Shown: positions 25,599 to 38,191 of the stretch, one piece after another
Position numbering within the stretch: position 1 is the first letter of the stretch
Layout: every line of letters begins with the position of its first letter
Assembly: GCA_951406725.2 (NCBI GenBank)
Contig: OX597836.1
Coordinates: 24,304,001 to 24,368,000, forward strand
From: Octopus vulgaris
Taxonomy: Eukaryota
Length of the DNA stretch: 64,000 nt
Direction: 5' to 3'
Made by a program: the position numbers and the translations under genes
Notes under the pieces: generated by a model
What the model saw: the letters and a program-made list of their open reading frames with translations, nothing else
What the model was told of the DNA's origin: nothing
Database searches by the model: none

Positions 25599-25758
25599 TA
25601 CATACATACACACACAATACATACATGCATATACAAATATTATGTGAGATGAGAAGTGACCGAAGTAGGTGGGGAAGAGGTAAACGTAACTGCAATTCCA
25701 CCAGTTTCAATAGATGTGACGTTATGCTAAAGTATATGGCATATGGCAGAAGATAGAC

Positions 25759-25805
<47 letters not shown>

Positions 25806-26547
25806 GGGATAGAGAGAGAGAGAGAAGAGAGAGAGAGAAGACAGACAGGCAGATATATATATATATATAGTAAGAAAGGGAGGAGAGAGACACGCTCAGA
25901 GACGGAGACAGACAGACAGAGATGAACTTGAACGATTTATTATAGCGGGTTGTATGAAAGACGTATTTATATTTCAAAAACTGTTTGTCTTGTAACAGAC
26001 ACTACTAAATATAAAGATAAATTTCTCTACGGTGGTCTTCCAGCCGTTTGAAAACAATATATATATTTTTTTTATTTTGTTTAACTGTAAAATAATTTCT
26101 GGTTTATGGCCCTCACGAAATTCATTACTGACGGGATTAAAAACAACTGATTGCTAAAATATATATAAAATGTCTTATGTTCTTGTAACCGAATGAAAGA
26201 ATGTATAAAACAAGGGCAATACATTTATTATTCTAATTAGCGAAAACAAGATAAGATATTTCATAAGAAAGTCATAATTGGATTAATGTGGTTTAGGCGA
26301 GGATTAATGTGGTTTAGGAACAAAGCTAATTTGTTATATTTTGTTTTAGATGTATTATCGTTTCAATAGGGGTTGAAATTAAAAACCAAGTAATTAAGTT
26401 ATATAAACTACATTAGTACAAACGTATTTTGTCTTTATAGAATATTTTATGGAGAAATACTTCAACGGCAGATATATTTTCTAAAAACAAAACAACGAGA
26501 ACTAAATTTATGTATGTGTACACACATACCAGCACACACACACATAA

Positions 26548-26608
<61 letters not shown>

Positions 26609-26662
26609 CATAGATATTTATATATATATATATGTGTGTGTGTGTATATATATATATATATA

Positions 26663-26794
26663 CTTTATTTAAAGCAGCAGAAAATTCAACAAAATTTGTT
26701 GAATTTTCTGCTGCTTTAAATAAAGCATATTACTCTACCACTGGTATTTGAGTACTCTTTTTTCCACCTTGTTTCACATTTATGTGTTTACTCC

Positions 26795-26796
<2 letters not shown>
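26663..26796. mobile_element. Fold-back fragment in (TA)n (Penelope-like end)
   Basis: Perfect 31-bp arms at 26663-26693 and 26695-26725 with a 1-nt spacer. Unique sequence continues about 70 bp on the right. TA tracts both sides. Confidence 0.6.
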
Positions 26797-26843
<47 letters not shown>

Positions 26844-26884
26844 GATACATATATATGATATATAATATATATATATAATATATA

Positions 26885-26926
<42 letters not shown>

Positions 26927-27003
26927 TGTATGTACACATACATACACACATATATGGTTATATAAAGATACATATATATGATATATAATATATATAATAT
27001 ATA

Positions 27004-27041
<38 letters not shown>

Positions 27042-27263
27042 TGGATGTACACATACATACACACATATATGGTTGTGTATGTGCGTATATGAATAATTTT
27101 CATTCTTCTGTTGTTTAGTGATTCAAAAAGCACTAACGCCTTCCCATAGAAAGACACACAACAAGCCCCCAGTAAATAGTTATATATGCAGACAAATAGG
27201 ACCATTAACTGTCTTAACTGGCATTCTATTACATTTCTATTACAAAGCTTTGATAGCTTTAAT

Positions 27264-27267
<4 letters not shown>

Positions 27268-27349
<82 letters not shown>

Positions 27350-27400
27350 ACTTTCTCTCGCTACTTCTATCTCCGTCTCTTCATCTCTCTCTCTCTATCT
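27268..27400. repeat. (CT)n microsatellite
   Basis: Direct reading. Confidence 0.95.
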
Positions 27401-28077
27401 TTCTTCCATCTAACCCCTTTTCTTTCTCATCCTACAAAATATTTTTGTCTAATCTTACATTGACATTTCATTCATCTTACATTCCCTGTAATAATGTTCT
27501 TTTATGTTTAGAGCCATGCTTATTTTGTTCTGTATACTTTTGTTTAAAACATGCCTTTTTTTTTATATTCGTGTGTATATGGTACGGCCGAGACAACCTA
27601 GTGGTTACAGCACGTGAATATCTATGAGTCATCAGTTCAATTCCCCGGCAAGTCAACATCTTCCTCAGCTAACAGGGTTCTCACCATATTTGGAAATACA
27701 CACCCACTCCATTTAGTTAGTCAGCAGTCACTCCCTCATCTCCCTTGTTTTTAACCTCACCAGGTCGAAATGACAGCCGTTATTGCCCAGAATATTCCAC
27801 AAGATATTCCAAGGAAACACAGTCTTTCCTGGCTTGACAGGGCTAACAATAATGACGATCAGTAATGCCCGTCCCCTATAACTTGAGGGTCAGGAGTCCC
27901 AGACACATCCACCACCCCTCACCATACTCTCGGGTCTCGTGCTGCAGCCTTACACTCCACTCTGCCAAGTCCTCTCAGTAAGAACTCGGTCTAATAATAA
28001 TATTTTGTTTCCTTTTCTTTTCTTCTGAATAAAAAATCCATGTGGATTTGCCGAGGATGATTCTTGAACACTGACGC

Positions 28078-28080
<3 letters not shown>

Positions 28081-28156
<76 letters not shown>

Positions 28157-28180
28157 TATGTGTGTGTGTGTGTGTGTGTG
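28081..28180. repeat. (TG)n microsatellite
   Basis: Direct reading. Confidence 0.95.
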
Positions 28181-28719
28181 TTTGTCATTTCAGTTCACTT
28201 TACATGTGTTTACACACGCATGTATATTTGAGCTCGCACGCGAGTGCTTTTGTGTGTGTACATGTAGGAGTGCGTGTGTAAGAGTATATGAGAGGGGATG
28301 GAGGAGGGGGGACTGTTTCTATTTGAGCCATGGATACATATCTAAAATGTTATTTGGTTGTCTATAGCGCAATAGTAATAAAGTCTGTTGATTGGAACTA
28401 ATTAATGACACGCTGTTCAAGTCAAGTTATTTTGTTGTTTGACGAAAGAACTGGAAGATTTTTCAGGCCTTAAAGGAATCATTAAAACAGACCAGAATGG
28501 CAGAGCCGTTAGAGTGTTGAATAGAATGCATCGTGTATTTTTTTTGGTTTTTTTACCTACGCATTGCGTTCTGTGTTCGAATCACGCTGATATCAAATTT
28601 GCCTTTTACTCTTTCAGGGTCGATAAATCAAAACTAACCGAGAGCAGTGTATAAGGGAAACTATTAGATTCGGGCGAGATTCTTTGCGATGTCTTTTCAG
28701 GTTTTTAAGGTCTGATAGC

Positions 28720-28870
28720 AACGTTTGTGGCAATCCTGGTACCAGGCTGTACTGGCCAAGTCGATGGCCTTTTCTGTTGATAAACATCGCTAACGTAGTG
28801 AAGGAACACTTCAATACATGGACAACTGCTAGTCTTCCACGAAAAGCACCCATCTTGCCCTGACTCGAAC
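28720..28870 (+). mobile_element. Old diverged SINE family C body
   Basis: ctggtaccaggctgt..catggacaactgctagtcttcca..cttgccctgact resembles the reverse complement of 6810-6940. Confidence 0.5.
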
Positions 28871-29254
28871 ATTGACTGACAGAGAAGACACAAAATATTT
28901 TATATGGTGTGTACATATTTACAGAAGATTTATTGTTTTGGTTACGATAAAAATATCTTGTGCGATTATTAACTTCATCATATAATGCATAATTATGATG
29001 AAAGTTGAAGGACTTCCTGTTCGGTACCCGAGAAGGCAATTCTATGTCAGCAGAGCGTCGAGGGTCGCTGGATCGATGGACCGATTAAATTGCTTGGGGT
29101 CAGGTGGATCGATACAAGGATGAGATAACGGGCTGAATGGCTAATGTTACCCGAAAATGAATTGGTGGTAAGCTGTACTTGTAGAGTTTATCTTTGACAG
29201 TAACGACCTTTAGTAGTATATCTAGGCTGACAACTTCTGGTAGTTATCCGATGA

Positions 29255-29630
29255 CCTTGAAAAATGCCACAGGAAAAAATTCCACAAGTTGAAATGCCGC
29301 AGTAAAAATGCCAGAGTCAAAATGCTACAGGTTACAGAAAAATGCTACAGAAAAAACACGACGGGCAAAAATGTTACTTGCTGAAAAGTGTGCGGTGTGT
29401 GATCAACACATGTCAAAAAATGTGCAATGTATTTTAAGTATTGCCGTTGAACGTGAGTCGCAGAAAATGTCGTTCACGCATTTTGGAGTGGTTAACAAGT
29501 GTTCGGTGATAGAGTGATAGTAAAATTGTAATTTCCTACATCTATTCCAATTCTGGAAAAAAGTTAAAGATGGACTCCATTTTTACCAATGGCATTTTAT
29601 TACATCACCTTTACCGGTAACATTTTTACA
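29255..29630. mobile_element. Decayed DNA transposon or MITE with subterminal AAAATGCCACAG repeats
   Basis: About six degenerate aaaatgc(c/t)acag units at 29260-29351. Inverted tggcatttt and taacattttt at 29590-29626. Confidence 0.45.
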
Positions 29631-30262
29631 AAGATTCTCAGTGATGAAGAGAAAGACATAGACATTAGGTAGCAGTGGCAGATGACCGCGGCGTTGAATT
29701 AAAGGAAAAAAGAGACAGGTGGACAAGAACGAGCCAAAAGAGAAGAGAGGTAGAAGAACATTGAAGGAGAGCTTACCACCGCAGACTCTCTCCGCTCCAC
29801 CGTGATTTAAACAGACCAACCACGCAGTACTTAATTTGATTATTAACCTAAAGAATTATAAAGAAGATATCATGTTTATGAAACCAATTCCGAGGCACTA
29901 CAAGGATATAACTTTCATATAACGATCATGATAGCAGTCAACAACAATCGAAAGAATATATGCTCGAGGATTCCATTTCCTGGAAAGTCCAACCGACTAA
30001 ACTATTTGCCTACGGGTGGATTTGGATGTAGCCGTTTCAAAATCAACAAGTAAAAACAGGGAGGGTTTGGGGCGTACCCTAACCAGACCCAGCTAAAAAG
30101 ACCTCAATCACCTTCATGGGAATCGGTTTCCTAGTTTGTTTTCCTAGTTTCTTAAAATGATATCGATTGCTAAAGCAGTTAATTATTCTGTGTATTTTAT
30201 TGATGCCAAATTATTAAGAATAAATAAATGTGTATGTGTTAGTGTGCATATTCTATATACAT

Positions 30263-30522
<260 letters not shown>

Positions 30523-30529
30523 ATGTATG

Positions 30530-30562
<33 letters not shown>

Positions 30563-30610
30563 ATACATATATATATATATTATATATACATATATATTGT
30601 GCATATATAT

Positions 30611-30650
<40 letters not shown>

Positions 30651-30724
30651 TAGTAATGGTAAGACAACAAAAGAAAGAAAGAGAGCTCGATATAATGTAA
30701 ATAGAGGAATTTATCTGTAATATA

Positions 30725-30757
<33 letters not shown>

Positions 30758-30880
30758 AACAGTTGTATGATAGCTTTACTATACTTGTTTATACATATGC
30801 CCATCCACTTCTTGTAATCCCTATTTAAGCTTTTATTGCATATATGACGGCGGTGAGAGCTGGTGGAAAATAAAAAACGA

Positions 30881-30881
<1 letters not shown>

Positions 30882-30949
<68 letters not shown>

Positions 30950-30974
30950 CAGTAGCAGTAGCAGTAGCAGTAGC

Positions 30975-31060
<86 letters not shown>
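30882..31060. repeat. (AGT)n microsatellite with an (AGCAGT)n block
   Basis: Direct reading. Confidence 0.95.
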
Positions 31061-31061
<1 letters not shown>

Positions 31062-31439
31062 TAATGCTGAAGTGGCTATGAAATGTTCCATTGACAGTAT
31101 TATTACTGCAGTTTTCATCACATATGTAGTCGCAGTTGTTAGCCAGTGTTACCCCTTATCGCGTCAAAGTATTCGCAGGGTGGCGCTGCTCTCCTTATGC
31201 TCTGTTCCTCATGCTGTTTCCGACGGCAATACTGACAGCAAGGCATCAAAGCATCAAAAGAATCTTTATCAATAAATGCAAAGAATTAGAAAAAAAACTC
31301 GTTTAGTTGGACAGGCGTTCAAACGAACACATTATCACGTATAAATATACACACATGTTCACACACGCACATACATTGATATACACCCGTGTATACATGA
31401 GTATGTGTGTGTACGTGTATGTGATTATGCCTGTATATA

Positions 31440-31475
<36 letters not shown>

Positions 31476-31988
31476 CATAAGAGATATATATATATATATA
31501 TTATCTTAAGAGATATATATATATGAATGTATGTGCTTTCATATGTATATACAATGTATCTATATATATATATATTAATAATCATATATGAATATTTGTA
31601 TATTTGTAAATATGTATGTACTTCTGAAACTCGAATGGTACGTCAGGATACATTTCAAAGAGGGGAGGAGGTCGAGGAGGTCGCGAAGGGTTGGTGTGAG
31701 GTGTAAAGATGGAAGGAAATAATTGACAAGCAGGGCGCGAAAGAGGAGGTTTTCATGCAACAGTTCTTGTTCACATAGACCCACTGTTCTGTCCATCACA
31801 TATACACACGGATATGATATATGTATATTAGGTGTAACACAACGTATCAGAAAAACCTACTTGACTAACACACTCTCACACACACACACACGTATTTATT
31901 TGTATTTTCTGTGTGTGTGTGTGTGTATGTGTGTGTGCGTGTGTGTGTGTATCTACAAAAGTATATATATATATAAATACAAATATGC

Positions 31989-32023
<35 letters not shown>

Positions 32024-32103
32024 TGCGTATATATATATATATAGATATAGATATATATCCATATATATATATATGTATATATATGCATATATTGATATAT
32101 ATA

Positions 32104-32634
32104 CAGTTGCGGCCAAAATGTTCAGAACGGCATTGTTTTCGTCAGAAAAGTAGGTATAATTTTTTATCAAAGTTGTTTTATATTCTATAATTTTCACACA
32201 CAATAAATACAATATTAATTGTTATTGTCTGAGATTTTGGTGTAATTTGAGAGGATAATACAAAAGTTATGGATGATTTAATGATTTACTGCAAAACCCA
32301 TGGCGGCCAAAATGATCAGAACGGTTGAAAAAATAACAAAATAGTCAAAAATGACAGAGAATACTGGAATTATTTAATATTTAGTGTGAAGCCCTTTAGC
32401 TTCAATCACACTTTGACATCTTCGACTGCATGAGGAAATTAAATTTTCAATTTCTTGCTGGGTGATTTTATTCCATTCTTCCTGAAGGGCATTCATTCCA
32501 CAATTGCTTGGTTGTTTTAGTACTGAAAATCGAGATCGAGCGAGCTTTTGCCCTTTTGCTCGACGTGTGGTTTCCGTCCACGCTGAGCTCGCCTTGGGAC
32601 ACCGACGAAAACAATGCCGTTCTGAACATTTTGG
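32104..32634 (-). mobile_element. Tc1-family deletion derivative with transposase C-terminal remnant
   Basis: TA|CAGTTGCGGCCAAAATGTTCAGAACGGCATTGTTTTCGTC end, inner direct repeat at 32303-32324, inverted copy at 32604-32634. Minus-strand ALQEEWNKITQQEIENLISSCSRRCQSVIEAKGLHTKY* is the canonical Tc1 C-terminus. Confidence 0.9.
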
Positions 32635-32706
32635 GGAGTAGTATGCAGACGACATATCTGGCAGCTGGTGATCCCCCATGTGATGTCTTCCGCAGAAATG
32701 TGACAA

Positions 32707-32832
32707 GACGCACGCATGGCTGCATGGTGAAGAAGCTTCGTTTCCAACTGCGTGGTTTCGGTTCAGTCCCTCTACTATAAGCCTCAGTCCTTATGAATGA
32801 ATTTGGAATAGGGAAACTGTGGAAGTCCATTG
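32707..32832 (+). mobile_element. Diverged SINE family A 5' part
   Basis: gacgcacgcatggctgcatggtgaagaagc..ggttcagtccc..ctactataagcctcag..ggaaactgtggaagtcc. Confidence 0.6.
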
Positions 32833-32897
<65 letters not shown>

Positions 32898-33639
32898 GCA
32901 TGTACGTATGTATGTGTGAGTGTGCGAGTGTATGAATCTGCCAACCCTTCAACTCTTCTTAGCTATCACTTGTTTTTCTAGAAGTTTCCATTTGATGTCA
33001 GGGTCTTTCGGGTTTTAACATCAATGGAGTGGATTTCATCCACAGAAGTATCAACTATTCTAAATGTAGCTATTAGTACTGATACTACAAATGACTTGTA
33101 GGTTATTTTCTTGTAAGAGAATGACGGCCATATTTTTCTGAATTACCTAATCTTTATTCACAGCACCTTCGTACGATTCGCTTTCATCAATGACCAGGCA
33201 TTTACAGCTTTCTAAGTGTGGAACAGAAGATATACAGAGACCGTTGATTCACAGGTTCTGGGTTCGGACCATTGATTTTCTATGTTCAACAAATACATTA
33301 CTTTTGACCAAATTCAATTCATATTTTTATGCTTTCAGCATTGATCTTCAAGTTACCTACATTGAATTAATAGGTTACATTGGTATTACTAGCAATTGCT
33401 AACCTAAGTATGAAGCCACTGAATTTTTGTAAAAGAAATTACAGCGGATTTCATGCCAAAATAAAAAGAATTACAGAAAGACTATCTTTTGGGGGATATT
33501 CTCTTAGCAATATTTATAGCATCGGAGATGATTATTTCGCAGTCAGATGGAAGAGGGAAAGAAAGAGAGAGAGAGAAAACATATATATCTGTGCGTATAT
33601 ACATACTAACGCACACACAGACATATATATATGTATATA

Positions 33640-33792
33640 TAAGGTACATCCAAGGCTTGGGCCCCGTGCCATCCGCCCAAAACAAAAATCGCACTCTCAT
33701 CTCATAACAACAATACGGCACAATTATTTCACCTCAATTGGCCCCGCTCTCTTTAACATTACACCAAAACACATTAAAACAGAAACTGACCC
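33640..33792 (+). pseudogene. CR1/L2-group LINE ORF2 C-terminal fragment
   Basis: [46 protein letters not shown] fits the RxNxFxxxGPxLFNxLPxxI motif of CR1/L2-group ORF2 ends. Between TA tracts. Confidence 0.6.
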
Positions 33793-33887
33793 TATATATA
33801 TATACAGATTCCTTAAGAAATATATATATATATCTACTTGAGTGGGCCATAGTGCCCAAATTTGACTTGAAAGACTTCACCACACAC

Positions 33888-34092
<205 letters not shown>

Positions 34093-34339
34093 TGTATTAC
34101 ATAATAAATGTTATGTATCATGTTTTTTGTTCCAATTATATTTATGCATTTGTTGTAACGAACGGTGAAAAGGTTACTCAATGCCGGATGTAGAGTTTAT
34201 TTAAATACACTCAATCAGAAAACATGTCGGAGCCACTGTTTTAACGTAAACCATGCCACGACCGTTTGTATTTTTGTATGATAGCGATATCCCTGTGTCT
34301 GATCTTATCATTATAATACAGATATTAATGAAACAAAAC

Positions 34340-34857
34340 TGTCACTGGTAGAGTTTATCAGTGTGACAGAGATGTTATGGAGAAAAACATCATCATAGAC
34401 ATTAATCCAATCACTTCATTGTTTTGAGCATTATAATCACCCCGAGACTGAAATGAAGATTTAACAAGAATCCCGATTTGGAACTCTTTGTGACTTTGAC
34501 CTAAATGAGTGCAATTCATTTTGGCTATTGTCAAAGTTTTGTAAACCTTCTCAAATATTGACATCATCTAACTGAAAGACATATCAAAGATGCCGACTAT
34601 ATGGAAACAAATTGAAACCCTCCTACGCCGAATCGTGTCCCTTCAGTTGTTATGGCCAACAGTTTGTCTTGTGCGGTAATAACTGCCAAATTATTTGATA
34701 CCCAGTGTAAATCAATATTGCTTAGGAGACATGTCTGTCATAATGTGATAGATTATGTTTGGTATGACAGAGATGTGACATTATGAATAACATGTCACTC
34801 GCTGATAGAACACATTAAAATTTTGACAAACATGTCACTTACTAAAGTGTTGTAGTG
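34340..34857 (-). mobile_element. Possible CACTA/EnSpm terminus with subterminal repeats
   Basis: Minus strand starts CACTACAACAC. Repeated tgacagagatgt and acatgtcact motifs nearby. No partner end seen. Confidence 0.35.
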
Positions 34858-35351
34858 ATGTATCAAACTTCAAAGCTACTAAACAATGCTGCAAATGTTA
34901 AACTTGACTAACATTTGACTATTTCAGCTTTCTATTAAGCGGTTACATCCCTTACAGTTGTAAACAAGGGTAGAAGCCTCCAAACACAGCTAACGTTACA
35001 ACTTTATTTTTTTATCAGCACTACAGTGATTAGCCGGTGTATGACCCAATAATCTGTTCGGTGACCTTACAAAAATTATAGATTTTCTTTTGCTAAAGAA
35101 TGTGCTATCTTATGAGTGCATACATAGTGGTATGAGCTAACATCTCATCAGCAACGGACTAAAATGAGACTGTGCTTAAAATATATTTTGCTCTTTGCGA
35201 TACGTTTTCAATCCAAACTGCAAAACTTCTAATAAAAAACTGAAAGTCTACTAATAAAAGAAATTCCACGTTTACTTTAGTTATAAGATCACTAGCAAGC
35301 GTTTCATTTTTCACGTTGTTCATAAGACATGTCCATTCTATTCCAACTATA

Positions 35352-35748
35352 TCTTTATATATAAAAGTGAGGTTGTGTGCTGTCTGTCTCCTACGATTTA
35401 GATTCCTAACTACTCCCACATTTTGCGGTGCAGTTTAACCAAAACCGGGTATCTTATAGCCGTGATTCATATCGAGCCCTTCTGGGTATTAACGCGCGTC
35501 TACGATGAGTCTACGATTTTAAAAAAATTTAACATCAATTTTCCCCATTTTTAATGCATTTTTGGCATATATAAGGGAAGTAACTCTCTAAAAATTTATT
35601 ATTAAATCTCAGAACGTAAAAAGCTACAGTAACACCCCCCACCTTTGTGGTTAGCCATATTGAGATGGCTATTATACTTTACATCTCTAAAAATGCTTAT
35701 ATAGTTATTTCCCTTACAAACCCGAGCAACGCCGGGCGATACTGCTAG
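35352..35748 (+). mobile_element. Non-autonomous Helitron
   Basis: A|TC start (tctttatatataaaag), subterminal GC hairpin cccgagcaacgccggg at 35721-35736, CTAG|T end, no TSD. Confidence 0.85.
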
Positions 35749-37049
35749 TTGTACATAAAAGCTACGGCTAAGGAATATTTCTCTTTGATAATAGATTTAT
35801 GCTTATGCAAGGTGATTGCGAAACACAAATTTATGCTTTTAAGAATCGCAGATCAATGATATTGCAAACACAGAGAAAAGCTTCCCATATTGCGAAGAAC
35901 TTTTTAATTCTCCCGTTCTTTCTTTTTCTTTTAAGATAATTTTTTTTAAAATCAGTTTTCCTTGTCTTTTAATCATAAAATAGCAAAGATCTATAACTTA
36001 CATCTATAGCTTCCTGGGATAGAATTAAGAAAATTTTTGAGTAAGGTGTAGCCAATGTTTCGACACCTCAGTCGTTTAATAACAAAGATATGATATATTG
36101 AGATATGTCATTCCAACACAACTGATTGAAGTCTTTTTCTTGTAAATGTAAAAGATATTTTCTTTGAGAAACGGAAAGTATGTTTACTCTTAAATTTTAA
36201 CGCGGTCACTAATAATTAGTCTTTACAAAAAGTCCCATAAAAATCTTCTTTTTCTTCCTCTTTTTTCTTTTGTTTTTACTTTCTTGTATACTTTTGTTAA
36301 TTTTTTCTTATTTTTATTATTTTCCTCTTTTTTCCTCATATCTTTCTTTTATTCAGCTTTCTTTTCCCTTTCTTTTTTTTTACTCCTACCTTCTTCCTTT
36401 GTTCCCCCTTCTTTTTTTATTTCCCTTCTTTCCATTTTACTGCTTTTTAATTTTACTCTTCTTTGGATTTCCGTCCCTAGAACCACGACCACCTCCACCT
36501 CCACCACCACCATTTCTTTCATCTTCACTTTGTTTCTGGCCTTCCTTTTCTCTTTCTTCCTATACTTCCTCACATCCTCCATATACAGTTCCACCCAATA
36601 CATATAACCCAACACTAATAGCCAAATTAATCAGAATTCATGTCTTTGAACACTTGTTACCGATATGAAATTACATTAAGACTTTCCTTACAACTTACAA
36701 AGTAAAATTTAGATTTTGAATTACCAAATTTCTCAAATACAAGCAATTCTATTGATTCAATTTATGGGTTTTATTTATTAGAAGATTGAAGTTAGATACT
36801 GAAGCTGAAACTTGAAATTTTATGGTGAGCAAAATATCGTTGGCACTGAACATGTCTTAATCTTAAGCCTTAAAGCAATCATCTTAAAGTTAATTGTTAA
36901 CCAACATTTCCGAACAAATGAAAATGTCTCATGACTATAAATGTTCAAATCAGGGTTTATGCAACATGAAGACAAATCTTATACAATACACTGATCATTT
37001 GTCTTGCATAATACTGTTTTATACCGTATTCTGTTGTTTATAACACTAC

Positions 37050-37440
37050 TACTTACACATTATATTGCTCTTTATACCACACATTTGTCGATTTACCGTC
37101 TGATAGCCGGCTCCTGGTGGTGAGGACAACGTAATTTCTGTTATTCTCAGAGTTGCGAACAGTTGTACTCTAGAAATAATAGTTCTTGAGGCTTGCTGTC
37201 TAATATTGATATTTCGTCTTGTGATCATTCTGCACTTACGCATCCTCTTCAAGGGAAATATGCGGCCTCAAATGGGGTTTCCTTTCATGTATCACCTGGC
37301 TATTCTGCCCTGCTTCATAAGTCTGATTGCTTCTCTTTCTGCATTCACAATGAGATACAGCTCGAAGCTTGTTGGTGATCTTTGGAGGTCATGATGACTT
37401 GCATATTTAGTCAAGCCCCACCCAAACACATATTGCTGCG
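37050..37440 (-). pseudogene. Possible highly decayed Ty3/gypsy integrase remnant
   Basis: TIISRVQLFATLRITEITLS loosely resembles the IxxLxxLFAxxGxPExIVSD integrase motif. Heavily degraded. Confidence 0.25.
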
Positions 37441-37545
37441 TGTCACCACCACACTCATCACTTTCCTTTCCTCTGCAGCAAAGGGGACGAACATCTAAGG
37501 GCCAAAATCCGAACCAATGTCCCTGACTGTGACCTCTATATTTCG

Positions 37546-37581
<36 letters not shown>

Positions 37582-38138
37582 TGTGATCTCAGCCTATAGG
37601 TAACTATAAGTAACTCAGCTTATAGGCGTGTGATTCGCGAACAATTTTATCGTCTTAAAACCGAGGCGCACATTTCCATACAACTTGCTCCGATTTACAG
37701 GGAACACATCCTCCCAGACATCATCCAGAATTTCTAACTGCTTTTTCAAAGGAATTCTCAAATCTCTTCCTTTTGCGAGAAGCTGAGAAAGGTCACAATC
37801 TTTTTTATCTTCGATTAAATTTTCGAGCAAAGAGGTAAAGAGTTTCCAGCCATATGTGTACCTTCTCGCGAAGTACACTATTAATTTATATTTCCTTCTG
37901 GTTTTCAACAATCCTAAAGCTTTTATCGTTACCTTTGTTGTTATTTTTTCTTTAAAGAATCATCATGCTCACGACGAGCAGCGACAATCAAAACAATGCC
38001 CTACGACTTTATTCTTGATACTTTCCGGCAAATTCAGACGTTACTTTGTTAATTGCTGTTGTATTTTATCTTCGGAGAACCATTTCTTGCTTTAAACTAT
38101 ATACACTCACAACACACTTGATTTCTTGAAGTAAGAGG

Positions 38139-38191
38139 ACTTTGAGACGTCGTGGTGTCTCGACCTTACTGTATGTCTCTTCAGTCAAAGT
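38139..38191 (-). ncRNA. Type-I hammerhead ribozyme motif with one core substitution
   Basis: Minus strand ACTTTGA-CTGAAGA-GAC(atacagtaag)GTC-GAGA-c(accacgac)-GTC-TCAAAGT. Perfect 7-bp stem I, GUC triplet, GAAA changed to GAGA. Confidence 0.65.

Noticed and set aside
26280-26318. 18-bp direct repeat ggattaatgtggtttagg, and the 10-bp triplication near 43900-43930
   Set aside because: Simple slippage duplications with no associated structure.
27660-27990. Possible RTE endonuclease remnant (minus strand), and a possible RT remnant at about 60180-60410
   Set aside because: Only faint motif resemblance, too degraded to support without a profile search.
35125-35158. Minus-strand CTGATGAG..CTC hairpin
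   Set aside because: Not followed by GAAA, so not a hammerhead.
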